IMG/VR virus record: IMGVR_UViG_3300046008_000291
Location: 113,659-177,658 of that record
From: a virus
Reading direction: 5' to 3' (one strand)
DNA: 64,000 nucleotides
The position numbers were made by a program, and so were the translations under genes. Below, piece after piece: positions 56,573 to 64,000 of this stretch. How positions within the stretch are numbered: position 1 is the first letter of the stretch; each line of letters starts with the position of its first letter. The notes under the pieces were generated by a model. The model ran no database searches and was not told the DNA's origin. It saw only the letters and a program-made list of their open reading frames with translations.

Positions 56573-57592
56573 CTAATTAATTAAATGATACAATGTTACT
56601 GCTTGCGCAGGATAACTAGCACACATCCATTCTGCCATGTTGCTGGCATTGTCGCTTAGTTTAACTAGGTCATACTTGCCGCAGAACTTTAAGAACTGCG
56701 CACCTACCATAGGACGATTAAGTGCAGTTGCATTAGCTTTGATAGTTTCTTCTATCATAAGTTTATACTCTTTAGGCTGTGCTGCTAAGTCTACTAACGT
56801 AACGTTACGATTGTAGTCATCTAGCACACGATGCTCATCACCGTTATGATCAGTCCAACGTTGTAGCATTAGGTTATTCCAAGCATAACCTTGTTTGTCT
56901 TTGTCACCAAACGCTTCTTCTAGACCTACTTTGTTCTTAGTGCCTTTAGTACGTACACCGGGATACGCACTAAAGATATTATCAGTAGGGTCGCCACGTA
57001 CACATTTTTCAAATAAGATGAACTTAGGATCTGGAATCTTTTTAGGTTCTTTAGTTTTCTTGTCTATAACAAGTTTACCTTTCTTATCGTATATACCGGT
57101 AAGGGTGTGTAATTCATCACTAATACCGTTGTATTGATTAACGTTATCACTTAATAATTGATAAAAGTCCGTGTCACTTGACACAATAGTGTGATGGTCA
57201 GTTGGATGTGTTTGTATCCACCCTGCTACCAAGTCATCTGCTTCTAAGTTAGCATGTTGTAATACAGTGCAATTAGTCCGTTCAGCTAAGAACGTCTTCA
57301 TAGCGTCAAAAGCGTCCCAGAACATTTGCTCTTCTTCTTGTTCTGCTTCAGTCTTGGCAGCACGTGCCACAGCGCGATTGGCTTTATACGGAGTATAAAA
57401 GTCTTTGCGCCAACTACGACCTTCTAGACACACGATAACGTGGTCTGCTTTTTGATCGCGCCATGCTTTGTTAATTGATGCTAGGGTAACGTGTATAGCA
57501 AAGCCTAACTTATCCCAGGTATCGCTTTGTCTATGTGCGCTGTGTCTAGCACGGAAAAATGTGTTTGCTGCATCTACGATTAAGTATCTCAT
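56573..57592 (-). CDS. rnh: T4 RNase H-like 5'-3' exonuclease (FEN/PIN fold)
   Basis: IVDAANTFFRA, LEGRSWRKDFYTPYKANR, EADD, SSDTDFYQL, GDPTDNI..YPGV. Confidence 0.85.
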   Translation of the reverse strand: MRYLIVDAANTFFRARHSAHRQSDTWDKLGFAIHVTLASINKAWRDQKADHVIVCLEGRSWRKDFYTPYKANRAVARAAKTEAEQEEEQMFWDAFDAMKTFLAERTNCTVLQHANLEADDLVAGWIQTHPTDHHTIVSSDTDFYQLLSDNVNQYNGISDELHTLTGIYDKKGKLVIDKKTKEPKKIPDPKFILFEKCVRGDPTDNIFSAYPGVRTKGTKNKVGLEEAFGDKDKQGYAWNNLMLQRWTDHNGDEHRVLDDYNRNVTLVDLAAQPKEYKLMIEETIKANATALNRPMVGAQFLKFCGKYDLVKLSDNASNMAEWMCASYPAQAVTLYHLIN

Positions 57593-58317
57593 GTAGTTAT
57601 TATACTTTCATTTATGATTTTTGTCAAGTGATTTGCCCATGCTTGATGTGCATCTGCACCATAATGATAACTTGTTGGGGTAACAGGTGTGTAACCCTGT
57701 GATTTTAATAAATTAAAAAATGAACCAGCATGGGTGTATGGTTCATAATATGAATTACACCATGACAATTGGGTAGAAGTAGTCAACCCACTAAAGGTAT
57801 TAAAGAATAAATGTGGTATGCTTTCAGCAACTAATCGCTGATGCAAATTCCATATTGCTTCTTGAGCTTGATCACAGTATTGTTGTACACTATGTCTATC
57901 CAATACCCAATGCTTATAAGCTAGTACTGCATCATCGGACAATCCATCGGTGGACATGTTTGCGCTAAACTGATGCCAATATCCATCAATGAAAAACTCT
58001 TCGCGTTCCCAAGTTGCCCAACCGATTATTATTAAATCTGGATTAGGATTGGTTTCTAAATATTCGTAGGTTGTTCGTAGCATACGTTGATTGCTACTGC
58101 CACTTTCGGCTTGACAGACAAGGGTAGCATTGTATTGATCTGCTATTCGTTGCCCATAACTAACTTTGACATTATCGGGGTGTGGAACCCTACCAGCTGC
58201 AGTCTGCGTACGGTCATAATGATCCCAACCCATAGCTGGATCATCGGATAAAAAACAGTATGCATTGGCCGCTTCTGCTCCTGCACTGTGGCTGTCACCG
58301 TTTACATATACTATCAA
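57589..58317 (-). CDS. SGNH-superfamily protein
   Basis: YVNGDSHSAG, AESGSSN, YHYGADAH. Confidence 0.65.
   Translation of the reverse strand: MIVYVNGDSHSAGAEAANAYCFLSDDPAMGWDHYDRTQTAAGRVPHPDNVKVSYGQRIADQYNATLVCQAESGSSNQRMLRTTYEYLETNPNPDLIIIGWATWEREEFFIDGYWHQFSANMSTDGLSDDAVLAYKHWVLDRHSVQQYCDQAQEAIWNLHQRLVAESIPHLFFNTFSGLTTSTQLSWCNSYYEPYTHAGSFFNLLKSQGYTPVTPTSYHYGADAHQAWANHLTKIINESIITT
57599..57627 (-). promoter_or_regulatory. Consensus sigma70 promoter for rnh
   Basis: TTGACA-17-TATAAT within the 3' end of the upstream SGNH gene. Confidence 0.8.
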
Positions 58318-58790
58318 CTTACTTCCGTTCTACCATTGCCCAGATCACGTCTACGTTCATTGCGTTTTGATGGATCGGCTTGATCTTGTTCGTATGATTC
58401 TGTGATTACATTGCGACATATTGCTTTGAACCAATTATCTACAATATCAGCATCTGTTCGACCTTGATAGCCTGCACGTATTAAGTTGGCTACAAATTTA
58501 TCATTCCAATCTAATTCAAATGCACCATTACCTGGATCATCGGGATCTAAATCCATACTTAATATCTTTACCCAAGGTTCGCCATTTTTAGTAGCAAGTT
58601 TTTTGTCTGGATCTTCTACTACTTTCTTTTTACTAGCACGTGGCTTTTTAGGTTTAATAGCCGCTGGATCTGCACTAGCAACCTTGGGTGTTTTAACCTG
58701 TGTACGTTTCTTGCCTTCGGTTATAGGCGCAATCTTACCTGTTTCAGGCTGAGCTATATTTGTTAATACATTTTTAATTTTATTCCACAT
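58314..58790 (-). CDS. Hypothetical phage protein (158 aa)
   Basis: ATG at 58790, 1 nt after the queE stop; K-rich N-half, GEPWV..GAFELDWNDKF. Confidence 0.6.
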   Translation of the reverse strand: MWNKIKNVLTNIAQPETGKIAPITEGKKRTQVKTPKVASADPAAIKPKKPRASKKKVVEDPDKKLATKNGEPWVKILSMDLDPDDPGNGAFELDWNDKFVANLIRAGYQGRTDADIVDNWFKAICRNVITESYEQDQADPSKRNERRRDLGNGRTEVS

Positions 58791-58791
58791 A

Positions 58792-59640
58792 CTATTTCCC
58801 CCAACTGTTGCCCCAAAGATCAACATGTAATCTTGGGCTGTAATAATAACCGCGTAGCATTGCTTCGTCTGCTATATGAAACTTGTTACCATCATACACA
58901 CTAACAACACCACCAACTGGCATAACATAAACTACGCCTGTAAAGCCTGCAGCCCTGTATGCTGCCACAGCACGATCAACTTCATCAAAGTCATTGGGCG
59001 TTTCGATAACAAACTTGAGATAAGTTGTACCAACCTTTTCATAGCTTGCTACAATCTCAGGTTTAATAGCATCTTCCCAAGTTTCACCGCTAGCACTTAA
59101 CTTTGGACTTACACTAAATGTAATTTCACGTGCTTGTCTTTTCCATAGTTTCAAGTATGCGGCAAAGTCATCATGCAATGCCTGGGTGCCATTTGTTTCA
59201 AATGTTAAGTTAAGCAAGTTAAACATGTCATCATGTGCTAACAACTTAGGAAATGACCGTTGCCATCCTAATAGTGGCTCACCACCTGTTATAACTAAAT
59301 GTACGTTGTTGCCATTAGCCTGTTGCCAATTGTTATTGGGCACAACATCTAGCATCTGCTTGACTGTTTCGTCTATGGATAACAATGGACTTAAACTTTT
59401 AAAGCGTGGATCCCAACTAGCATAGCTATCACAGCCTGTATTAACAAGTGGCAGGTCGTTGTAGGTTTTGTACTGCTCAACTTTAACTACATTACGTTCT
59501 GTACTAATCTCACCACGTGGCATACCAAAGCCGCCGCAGGTAAAGTTACAGCCAAATGTACGTAGAAACAACGACGGGACACCAATAAAGCGTCCTTCGC
59601 CCTGCGCACTATAAAATATCTCACTGACTTTTAATTTCAT
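58792..59640 (-). CDS. queE: 7-carboxy-7-deazaguanine synthase (radical SAM)
   Basis: KVSEIFYSAQGEG..FLRTFGCNFTC..CDS..VITGGEP..FETNGT..VSPK..PRLHVDLWG; start at 59640 via TAATG overlap. Confidence 0.9.
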   Translation of the reverse strand: MKLKVSEIFYSAQGEGRFIGVPSLFLRTFGCNFTCGGFGMPRGEISTERNVVKVEQYKTYNDLPLVNTGCDSYASWDPRFKSLSPLLSIDETVKQMLDVVPNNNWQQANGNNVHLVITGGEPLLGWQRSFPKLLAHDDMFNLLNLTFETNGTQALHDDFAAYLKLWKRQAREITFSVSPKLSASGETWEDAIKPEIVASYEKVGTTYLKFVIETPNDFDEVDRAVAAYRAAGFTGVVYVMPVGGVVSVYDGNKFHIADEAMLRGYYYSPRLHVDLWGNSWGK

Positions 59641-60134
59641 TATCTTTCCCAAGGGTAAACAATCCAAACATCTTTTTCTGCTTTATTGATAGATACTGCA
59701 CAGTAATCAACACAGCGACTAAATTTACTAGACAAATTATCAACTAATACAGCTATTTTAACATTATTCCCCCAAACTTGCAACCAGTGTGCATCGGATG
59801 GATGGCAGCTATTTTGCCAATCGTTAGTAATCCAATCTAACGTAGCACCAGTATCGTTAATGTCATCTACAATAAGAATGTTTTTACCATTGTATGCATC
59901 TTCTGCCATCCATAAATTACTTTCTGGACCGTTATCACTGTCGCGTAGACTAACCTTAAGTGTTTCCATAGGAATACCTAATGTATTACTCATGATAACA
60001 GCAGGTATTAGCCCTCCACGAGTAAGACCAACAATGTAGTCTGGACGCCAATTATCTTTATACATTTTAAATGAGATATCATTAACCATCTCATGAACGT
60101 GTACATAATCATAATACTTTTTATTAATATCCAT
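59640..60134 (-). CDS. Type I phosphoribosyltransferase (Gpt/Hpt-like)
   Basis: IVGLTRGGLIPA; PRPP loop ILIVDDINDTGATL; WIVYPWE. Confidence 0.88.
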   Translation of the reverse strand: MDINKKYYDYVHVHEMVNDISFKMYKDNWRPDYIVGLTRGGLIPAVIMSNTLGIPMETLKVSLRDSDNGPESNLWMAEDAYNGKNILIVDDINDTGATLDWITNDWQNSCHPSDAHWLQVWGNNVKIAVLVDNLSSKFSRCVDYCAVSINKAEKDVWIVYPWER

Positions 60135-60151
60135 AGTTCTTTACTTCCTTA

Positions 60152-62191
60152 TTAAAATGCCTTGACTAAACTTAGCCCAACTACGTTGTTTGATACACCA
60201 CTTTGGTTTAGGTAATTCATTTGGTGTTCACCGTAGGCAATTACGTTCATTGATGCAGTGCGATATTTGTAGTATGCGCCAACATCGTATTCATTTACAG
60301 ATGGAGTAATGCTAACTTTTTCCTTAGAATAATTAACAGTACCGTTGGCATTATATCCTGTTGGTATATCCACATTAACCGTGCCTTGATAGACTGTAAC
60401 TGGTTGACTTAAGGTAGCACCGTAGCTGTGTGCATCTTGCGACCAATCTAATCCAACATTCCAACTGTAGCTTTGAGTTGCACTTACATTAGTAATCAAC
60501 CCAGTGGACTGCATATTAGTTTCGGTTTGTCCTAACCAAACACTACCAAATGCACTCATATGTTTATTTAGGTCATAATGTCCAGTGAAGTTAGAAAATG
60601 TAGTAAAACTACTCTGTACTTGTCCTAACGCACCACTAATACTATTACCTACCCAAGTGTTTTGTTCATTTAACATACCAAAACCAACACGCACGTTAGC
60701 CCTGTCATTTAACTTGGTAGTCTTACCAATTTCAGCTAGGCCTAAAGACGCAACATCGTTGGCACTGAACTTAAAGTCGTATTCGCCAGACTGTAGTTTG
60801 GCATTAGCTGTGTAAAAGTTTAACTTATTATACGGATTAAATTCCTCGTAGAAGTTAGCTTTGGTATTTGGGTTAAAGTCGGCTCTAGCACGTTTTGTAT
60901 TTGCGGCCTTGCTCATGTCAACATAGTAATCACGTTCAAAATCATCAGTAACCATAACACTGCTTAATTTACTGCTGATTGCTGTTAACCCGCTGGATGT
61001 ATTGGTACTGAACCCGCCCGACAATGCAATCTTATTAACCCTGCCAGTAGTGGGAATGCCTAATGCACCCACAGGTCGAGTGGCACGTTCTAAGTCAAGT
61101 AGGCCTTGACCGTGTATTTCTTTATTATAACCTGCAATATTCTTATTAGCCGTTACCATTAACAGTTTAACAATATTTTCAGCCTTCATAGTCGGCCACA
61201 TTTGATTGATAACTGCAACACTGCCAGATACTACAGCCGCCGCTTGGCTAGTGCCTGTTTGTATATTATATGCATCACCAGTCTTACTTGCTGTGAACGC
61301 ATTACCTGGCGCTAAGATATAGAAATCACTTACCCGATATAGATCCTTACACTGTCCGTTAACTACACTCCGACATATACTGCCTGCTCGGTTACTATAA
61401 CCAGCAACAGCATCCTTATCAACGTCCCATGCACCTGCAATAATAACGCGACCGCCTAGAATTAACTTACCGTTAGCATCTGTGGCTGTGGCCAACGTAC
61501 CCGGTTGCTCTGCATAAGCTCGTCCGCTATTACCGGCACTGTTGACTAATACCATGTTAGGACTTAATGCTGCGGCCCAGGTGTTAGGATTTTCATTCAT
61601 AAAAAATCTACCAACGTATCTCGGATCTTTGTTGGCCCAGGTTACGCCGTCACTTAACCTATACATATTTTTAAGATATGCCGCATCATAGGTATAGTTT
61701 GCTGAGATGTTAGCTACAATTGCACCAAGATCGCTGCCCCATTTTAATGCATTACGTGCCTGAGTAAAGTTAAACGCAGTATTATCTGTTACTTTAGCAA
61801 TAGCCAATTGTGCATCTGGTGCAACACCAGCCATACCAATACCATCCCAATTACCTGCGGCAATGCCAGCAAGTCCAGTACCATGTCCCTGTACATCAAC
61901 TATGCCATTTTTACTTTTGATAAAGTCTCGAGTAGCAAATATACTACCTGCAAACTCTCGATGGTTGGCGTTAATACCACTATCGATAATAAGAATTAAA
62001 CTACCTTTACCTGTATAACCACGTGCCCATGCGGAACTGGCATTGATCTCTTTGAGAAAATCGTCACCAGTTTTGCCTTTGGCAATAGTGTCAGCGGTAT
62101 ATTCGCTGGTGTTATAGGGAGTTAAGTTTAACGTTTCGGCATTAGCACCAACCGATGCCGCTAGCAATAACGATAATATAGTACGTTTCAT
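60152..62191 (-). CDS. Exported subtilisin-like (S8) serine protease with C-terminal beta-barrel-like domain
   Basis: Signal peptide MKRTILSLLLAASVGANA; catalytic IIDSG, HGTGLAGIAAG, oxyanion SAGN, GTSQAA; C-terminal amphipathic strands ending in Phe; AGGA RBS before 62191. Confidence 0.85.
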   Translation of the reverse strand: MKRTILSLLLAASVGANAETLNLTPYNTSEYTADTIAKGKTGDDFLKEINASSAWARGYTGKGSLILIIDSGINANHREFAGSIFATRDFIKSKNGIVDVQGHGTGLAGIAAGNWDGIGMAGVAPDAQLAIAKVTDNTAFNFTQARNALKWGSDLGAIVANISANYTYDAAYLKNMYRLSDGVTWANKDPRYVGRFFMNENPNTWAAALSPNMVLVNSAGNSGRAYAEQPGTLATATDANGKLILGGRVIIAGAWDVDKDAVAGYSNRAGSICRSVVNGQCKDLYRVSDFYILAPGNAFTASKTGDAYNIQTGTSQAAAVVSGSVAVINQMWPTMKAENIVKLLMVTANKNIAGYNKEIHGQGLLDLERATRPVGALGIPTTGRVNKIALSGGFSTNTSSGLTAISSKLSSVMVTDDFERDYYVDMSKAANTKRARADFNPNTKANFYEEFNPYNKLNFYTANAKLQSGEYDFKFSANDVASLGLAEIGKTTKLNDRANVRVGFGMLNEQNTWVGNSISGALGQVQSSFTTFSNFTGHYDLNKHMSAFGSVWLGQTETNMQSTGLITNVSATQSYSWNVGLDWSQDAHSYGATLSQPVTVYQGTVNVDIPTGYNANGTVNYSKEKVSITPSVNEYDVGAYYKYRTASMNVIAYGEHQMNYLNQSGVSNNVVGLSLVKAF

Positions 62192-62221
62192 ACACATCCT
62201 TTGAGGGTTAAGCGTATACAC

Positions 62222-62249
62222 ATTATACACTAATTTACAGAAAAGTCAA
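62222..62249 (-). promoter_or_regulatory. Sigma70 promoter upstream of the S8 protease
   Basis: TTGACT-16-TATAAT; context resembles the 52466 promoter. Confidence 0.7.
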
Positions 62250-62257
62250 CCGCTATA

Positions 62258-62599
62258 TTAGCGCATATACTCCATAGTAACAATCTTACTTAAACTTTCT
62301 GCCATATCTGCGTTCTCGTCAATGACATAACGCCTGATACTTTCGTTATCTTTCTTTTCATCCCAGCGTGATGTTTCTACAATCTTACCACCATTAGCGC
62401 CGTAGATTTTAAAAGTAATAACACTGTCATCATCATAGTTATGCTCTACTCTGCGTGTACCGGAACTTATAGGTCCTCCTTTATCAAGGCGCCCACGACG
62501 ACTACGTTTTGGTTCATCCCAATCATCAACTTCAATAAGTTCATCACGCTCACGAGCACGATTATAACAACGTTGTATAAAACTATCTAACCATTTCAT
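62258..62599 (-). CDS. Hypothetical protein (113 aa)
   Basis: AAGGA RBS before the ATG at 62599; F.IYGANGGKIVE. Confidence 0.6.
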   Translation of the reverse strand: MKWLDSFIQRCYNRARERDELIEVDDWDEPKRSRRGRLDKGGPISSGTRRVEHNYDDDSVITFKIYGANGGKIVETSRWDEKKDNESIRRYVIDENADMAESLSKIVTMEYMR

Positions 62600-63056
62600 T
62601 GGAAATTCCTTTATACTCATTATATTTTGCTTCGTTGTACGCATATATTTCTGCTAACAATCCTTTGAGGATGGCAGACTTGTGCCATTCTCTATCGCGT
62701 TTATCATAGGTATCCTTGTACTTTTTGTACACCGGATCACTCAGCGACGCATATTTCTTATTTTGAAGTTGCTGATATAACTCAACAATCACACTATCTT
62801 CATAATCTAAAATTTCTTTTGGCGCACGTAACTCAGCTAACCTAGATTTTCTTCTAAGTTTTTCTTCGTATTTTTTGTTTAATTCATCACGAGTCAATTG
62901 GGGAGGTTCTGCATGATCACCCATAAAGATTTTATACGCTTCGTCTAATATAACATCACCTCGTTCAGACAACTCGTCGTAGAGTGCTTCATTTTCTTCA
63001 TATAGTTTATAGTCAACGCTGTTAGGGCCAACCCCTAAATGTGTCAATGGTCTCAT
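62583..63056 (-). CDS. Hypothetical helical protein (157 aa)
   Basis: ATGA-coupled to folE. Confidence 0.6.
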   Translation of the reverse strand: MRPLTHLGVGPNSVDYKLYEENEALYDELSERGDVILDEAYKIFMGDHAEPPQLTRDELNKKYEEKLRRKSRLAELRAPKEILDYEDSVIVELYQQLQNKKYASLSDPVYKKYKDTYDKRDREWHKSAILKGLLAEIYAYNEAKYNEYKGISNEMVR

Positions 63057-63766
63057 CGTGGTGCAAACTGTTGTTGAAGTTTTACATTATCAAAGAATTC
63101 TTGTTTAGTACCTGGGTCATTATTAAATGCACCTTTGAGTACTGTAGTTTGTGTGAGCGAGCTATGTGCTAAAATACCACGATTCTCACAGCAACCATGT
63201 GTTGCTTGAATATATACAGCAACATCATTACTGCCCGTAGCCTTCATAATCTCTCTTGAAATATCATTACATAATTCTTCTTGTAATGTGCCACGTGTAG
63301 CACACCATTGCGCGATACGTGTATACTTACTAAGTCCAATTAGTTTTTGTGCAGCAATAATACCAATATAGGCTACACCTTTAACTGGTTGATGATGATG
63401 ACTACACATACTACGCAGTTCACTACGTACCACTAGCATACCTTCATAGCGATCCGTGCTATCATTTGGAAATGCAGTTGCATCTGGCGCCGGATCATAT
63501 CTACCTGCCATAATTTCATGATAGTACATCTTAGCAAGTCTACGTGCTGTACCTTTACTGTTAGGATCATTTTCACGGTCAATTAGTAGTGCATCTAGCA
63601 CTCCTTCAAAAGCCAATGTGGCTTCGTCGATTAAATGATCGACTGTTGATTCGTTAATATATTCACTAACGTTGTCGCCAGCCCAAAAGCGTTTTCCTGA
63701 AGCTTTCATGCTTGCACGTAGGGTTTGGTGTAGTGGTGGTACGTGGGTATATTTAATTTCTGACAT
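63053..63766 (-). CDS. folE: GTP cyclohydrolase I
   Basis: TARRLAKMY, SMCSHHHQP, GLSKYTRIA, LQEEL, HGCCENRG, EFF. Confidence 0.93.
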   Translation of the reverse strand: MSEIKYTHVPPLHQTLRASMKASGKRFWAGDNVSEYINESTVDHLIDEATLAFEGVLDALLIDRENDPNSKGTARRLAKMYYHEIMAGRYDPAPDATAFPNDSTDRYEGMLVVRSELRSMCSHHHQPVKGVAYIGIIAAQKLIGLSKYTRIAQWCATRGTLQEELCNDISREIMKATGSNDVAVYIQATHGCCENRGILAHSSLTQTTVLKGAFNNDPGTKQEFFDNVKLQQQFAPR

Positions 63767-63812
63767 TTACTGCTCCTATGTTAAGCCAGTGGATATTGGC
63801 GATTGATAAATT

Positions 63813-63842
63813 AGTATAACACTATTATTTAGGCGGTGTCAA
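63813..63842 (-). promoter_or_regulatory. Sigma70 promoter for folE with a nested CTAAATA late-like motif
   Basis: TTGACA-18-TATACT; CTAAATA (63826-63832) lies in the spacer. Confidence 0.6.
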
Positions 63843-63843
63843 A

Positions 63844-63999
63844 CTATTTGATAATAATTTCACGTAGGTCCGGATATTCATAGTATTTAGGTGATTGATC
63901 TACTGAGGGTAATTTTTCTAGTGCTTGTTCGGCTTCTTCTATAGTTGGGCGATAGTGATACCCAACTTCAAATACTTTTTGTGATTCCCACGGTGTTTC
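63844..63999 (-). CDS. C-terminal fragment of a gene cut by the window end, possibly DegT-like aminotransferase
   Basis: ETPWESQKVFEVGYHYRPTIEEAEQALEKL..YPDLREIIIK*; GYHY..T.E.A resembles the DegT GYN/HxRM/L segment. Confidence 0.35.
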   Translation of the reverse strand, partial: ETPWESQKVFEVGYHYRPTIEEAEQALEKLPSVDQSPKYYEYPDLREIIIK

Positions 64000-64000
64000 T

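Noticed and set aside
1-64000. tRNA/rRNA genes, introns, inteins, integrase or transposase
   Set aside because: Intergenic gaps are mostly under 100 bp and explained by promoters or RBSs; thyA, rnh and folE are uninterrupted; no mobile-element motifs were recognised. A tRNAscan/Infernal run would be needed to exclude small RNAs fully.

Overview
A 64-kb, AT-rich, gene-dense fragment of a large (jumbo-type) tailed dsDNA phage, read in the standard genetic code. No tRNA, rRNA, CRISPR array, integrase, intron or intein is evident. Layout: (1) 1-17.5 kb (+), virion structural module with TAAATA-type late-promoter motifs: a 5'-truncated giant >4,369-aa baseplate/tail protein containing a seven-blade FG-GAP-like propeller, two paralogous tail/baseplate proteins and two further virion proteins. 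(2) 17.5-43 kb, two convergent operons forming a ~25-kb glycan/small-molecule modification cluster. It holds five glycosyltransferase-like ORFs, three SGNH proteins, five consecutive radical SAM ORFs carrying six N-terminal-twitch rSAM modules, a NodU/TobZ carbamoyltransferase, an APS-kinase-like protein and a dCMP deaminase. It also holds a symmetrical SDR-DegT-Gfo/Idh/MocA-PIG-L-DegT-SDR amino-sugar operon. (3) 43-64 kb (-), nucleotide metabolism and early/accessory genes: thyA, folA, HIT, MoxR+VWA, an HD (p)ppGpp-hydrolase-like protein, a tiny lipoprotein, a DEDDh exonuclease, T4-like RNase H, folE/queD/queE with a coupled phosphoribosyltransferase, and an exported S8 protease with a beta-barrel-like C-terminus. 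This last region is punctuated by nine near-consensus sigma70 promoters. The most striking element is the modification cluster directly downstream of virion proteins rich in N-x-S/T motifs. All functional calls come from motif recognition by eye; no database search was run.
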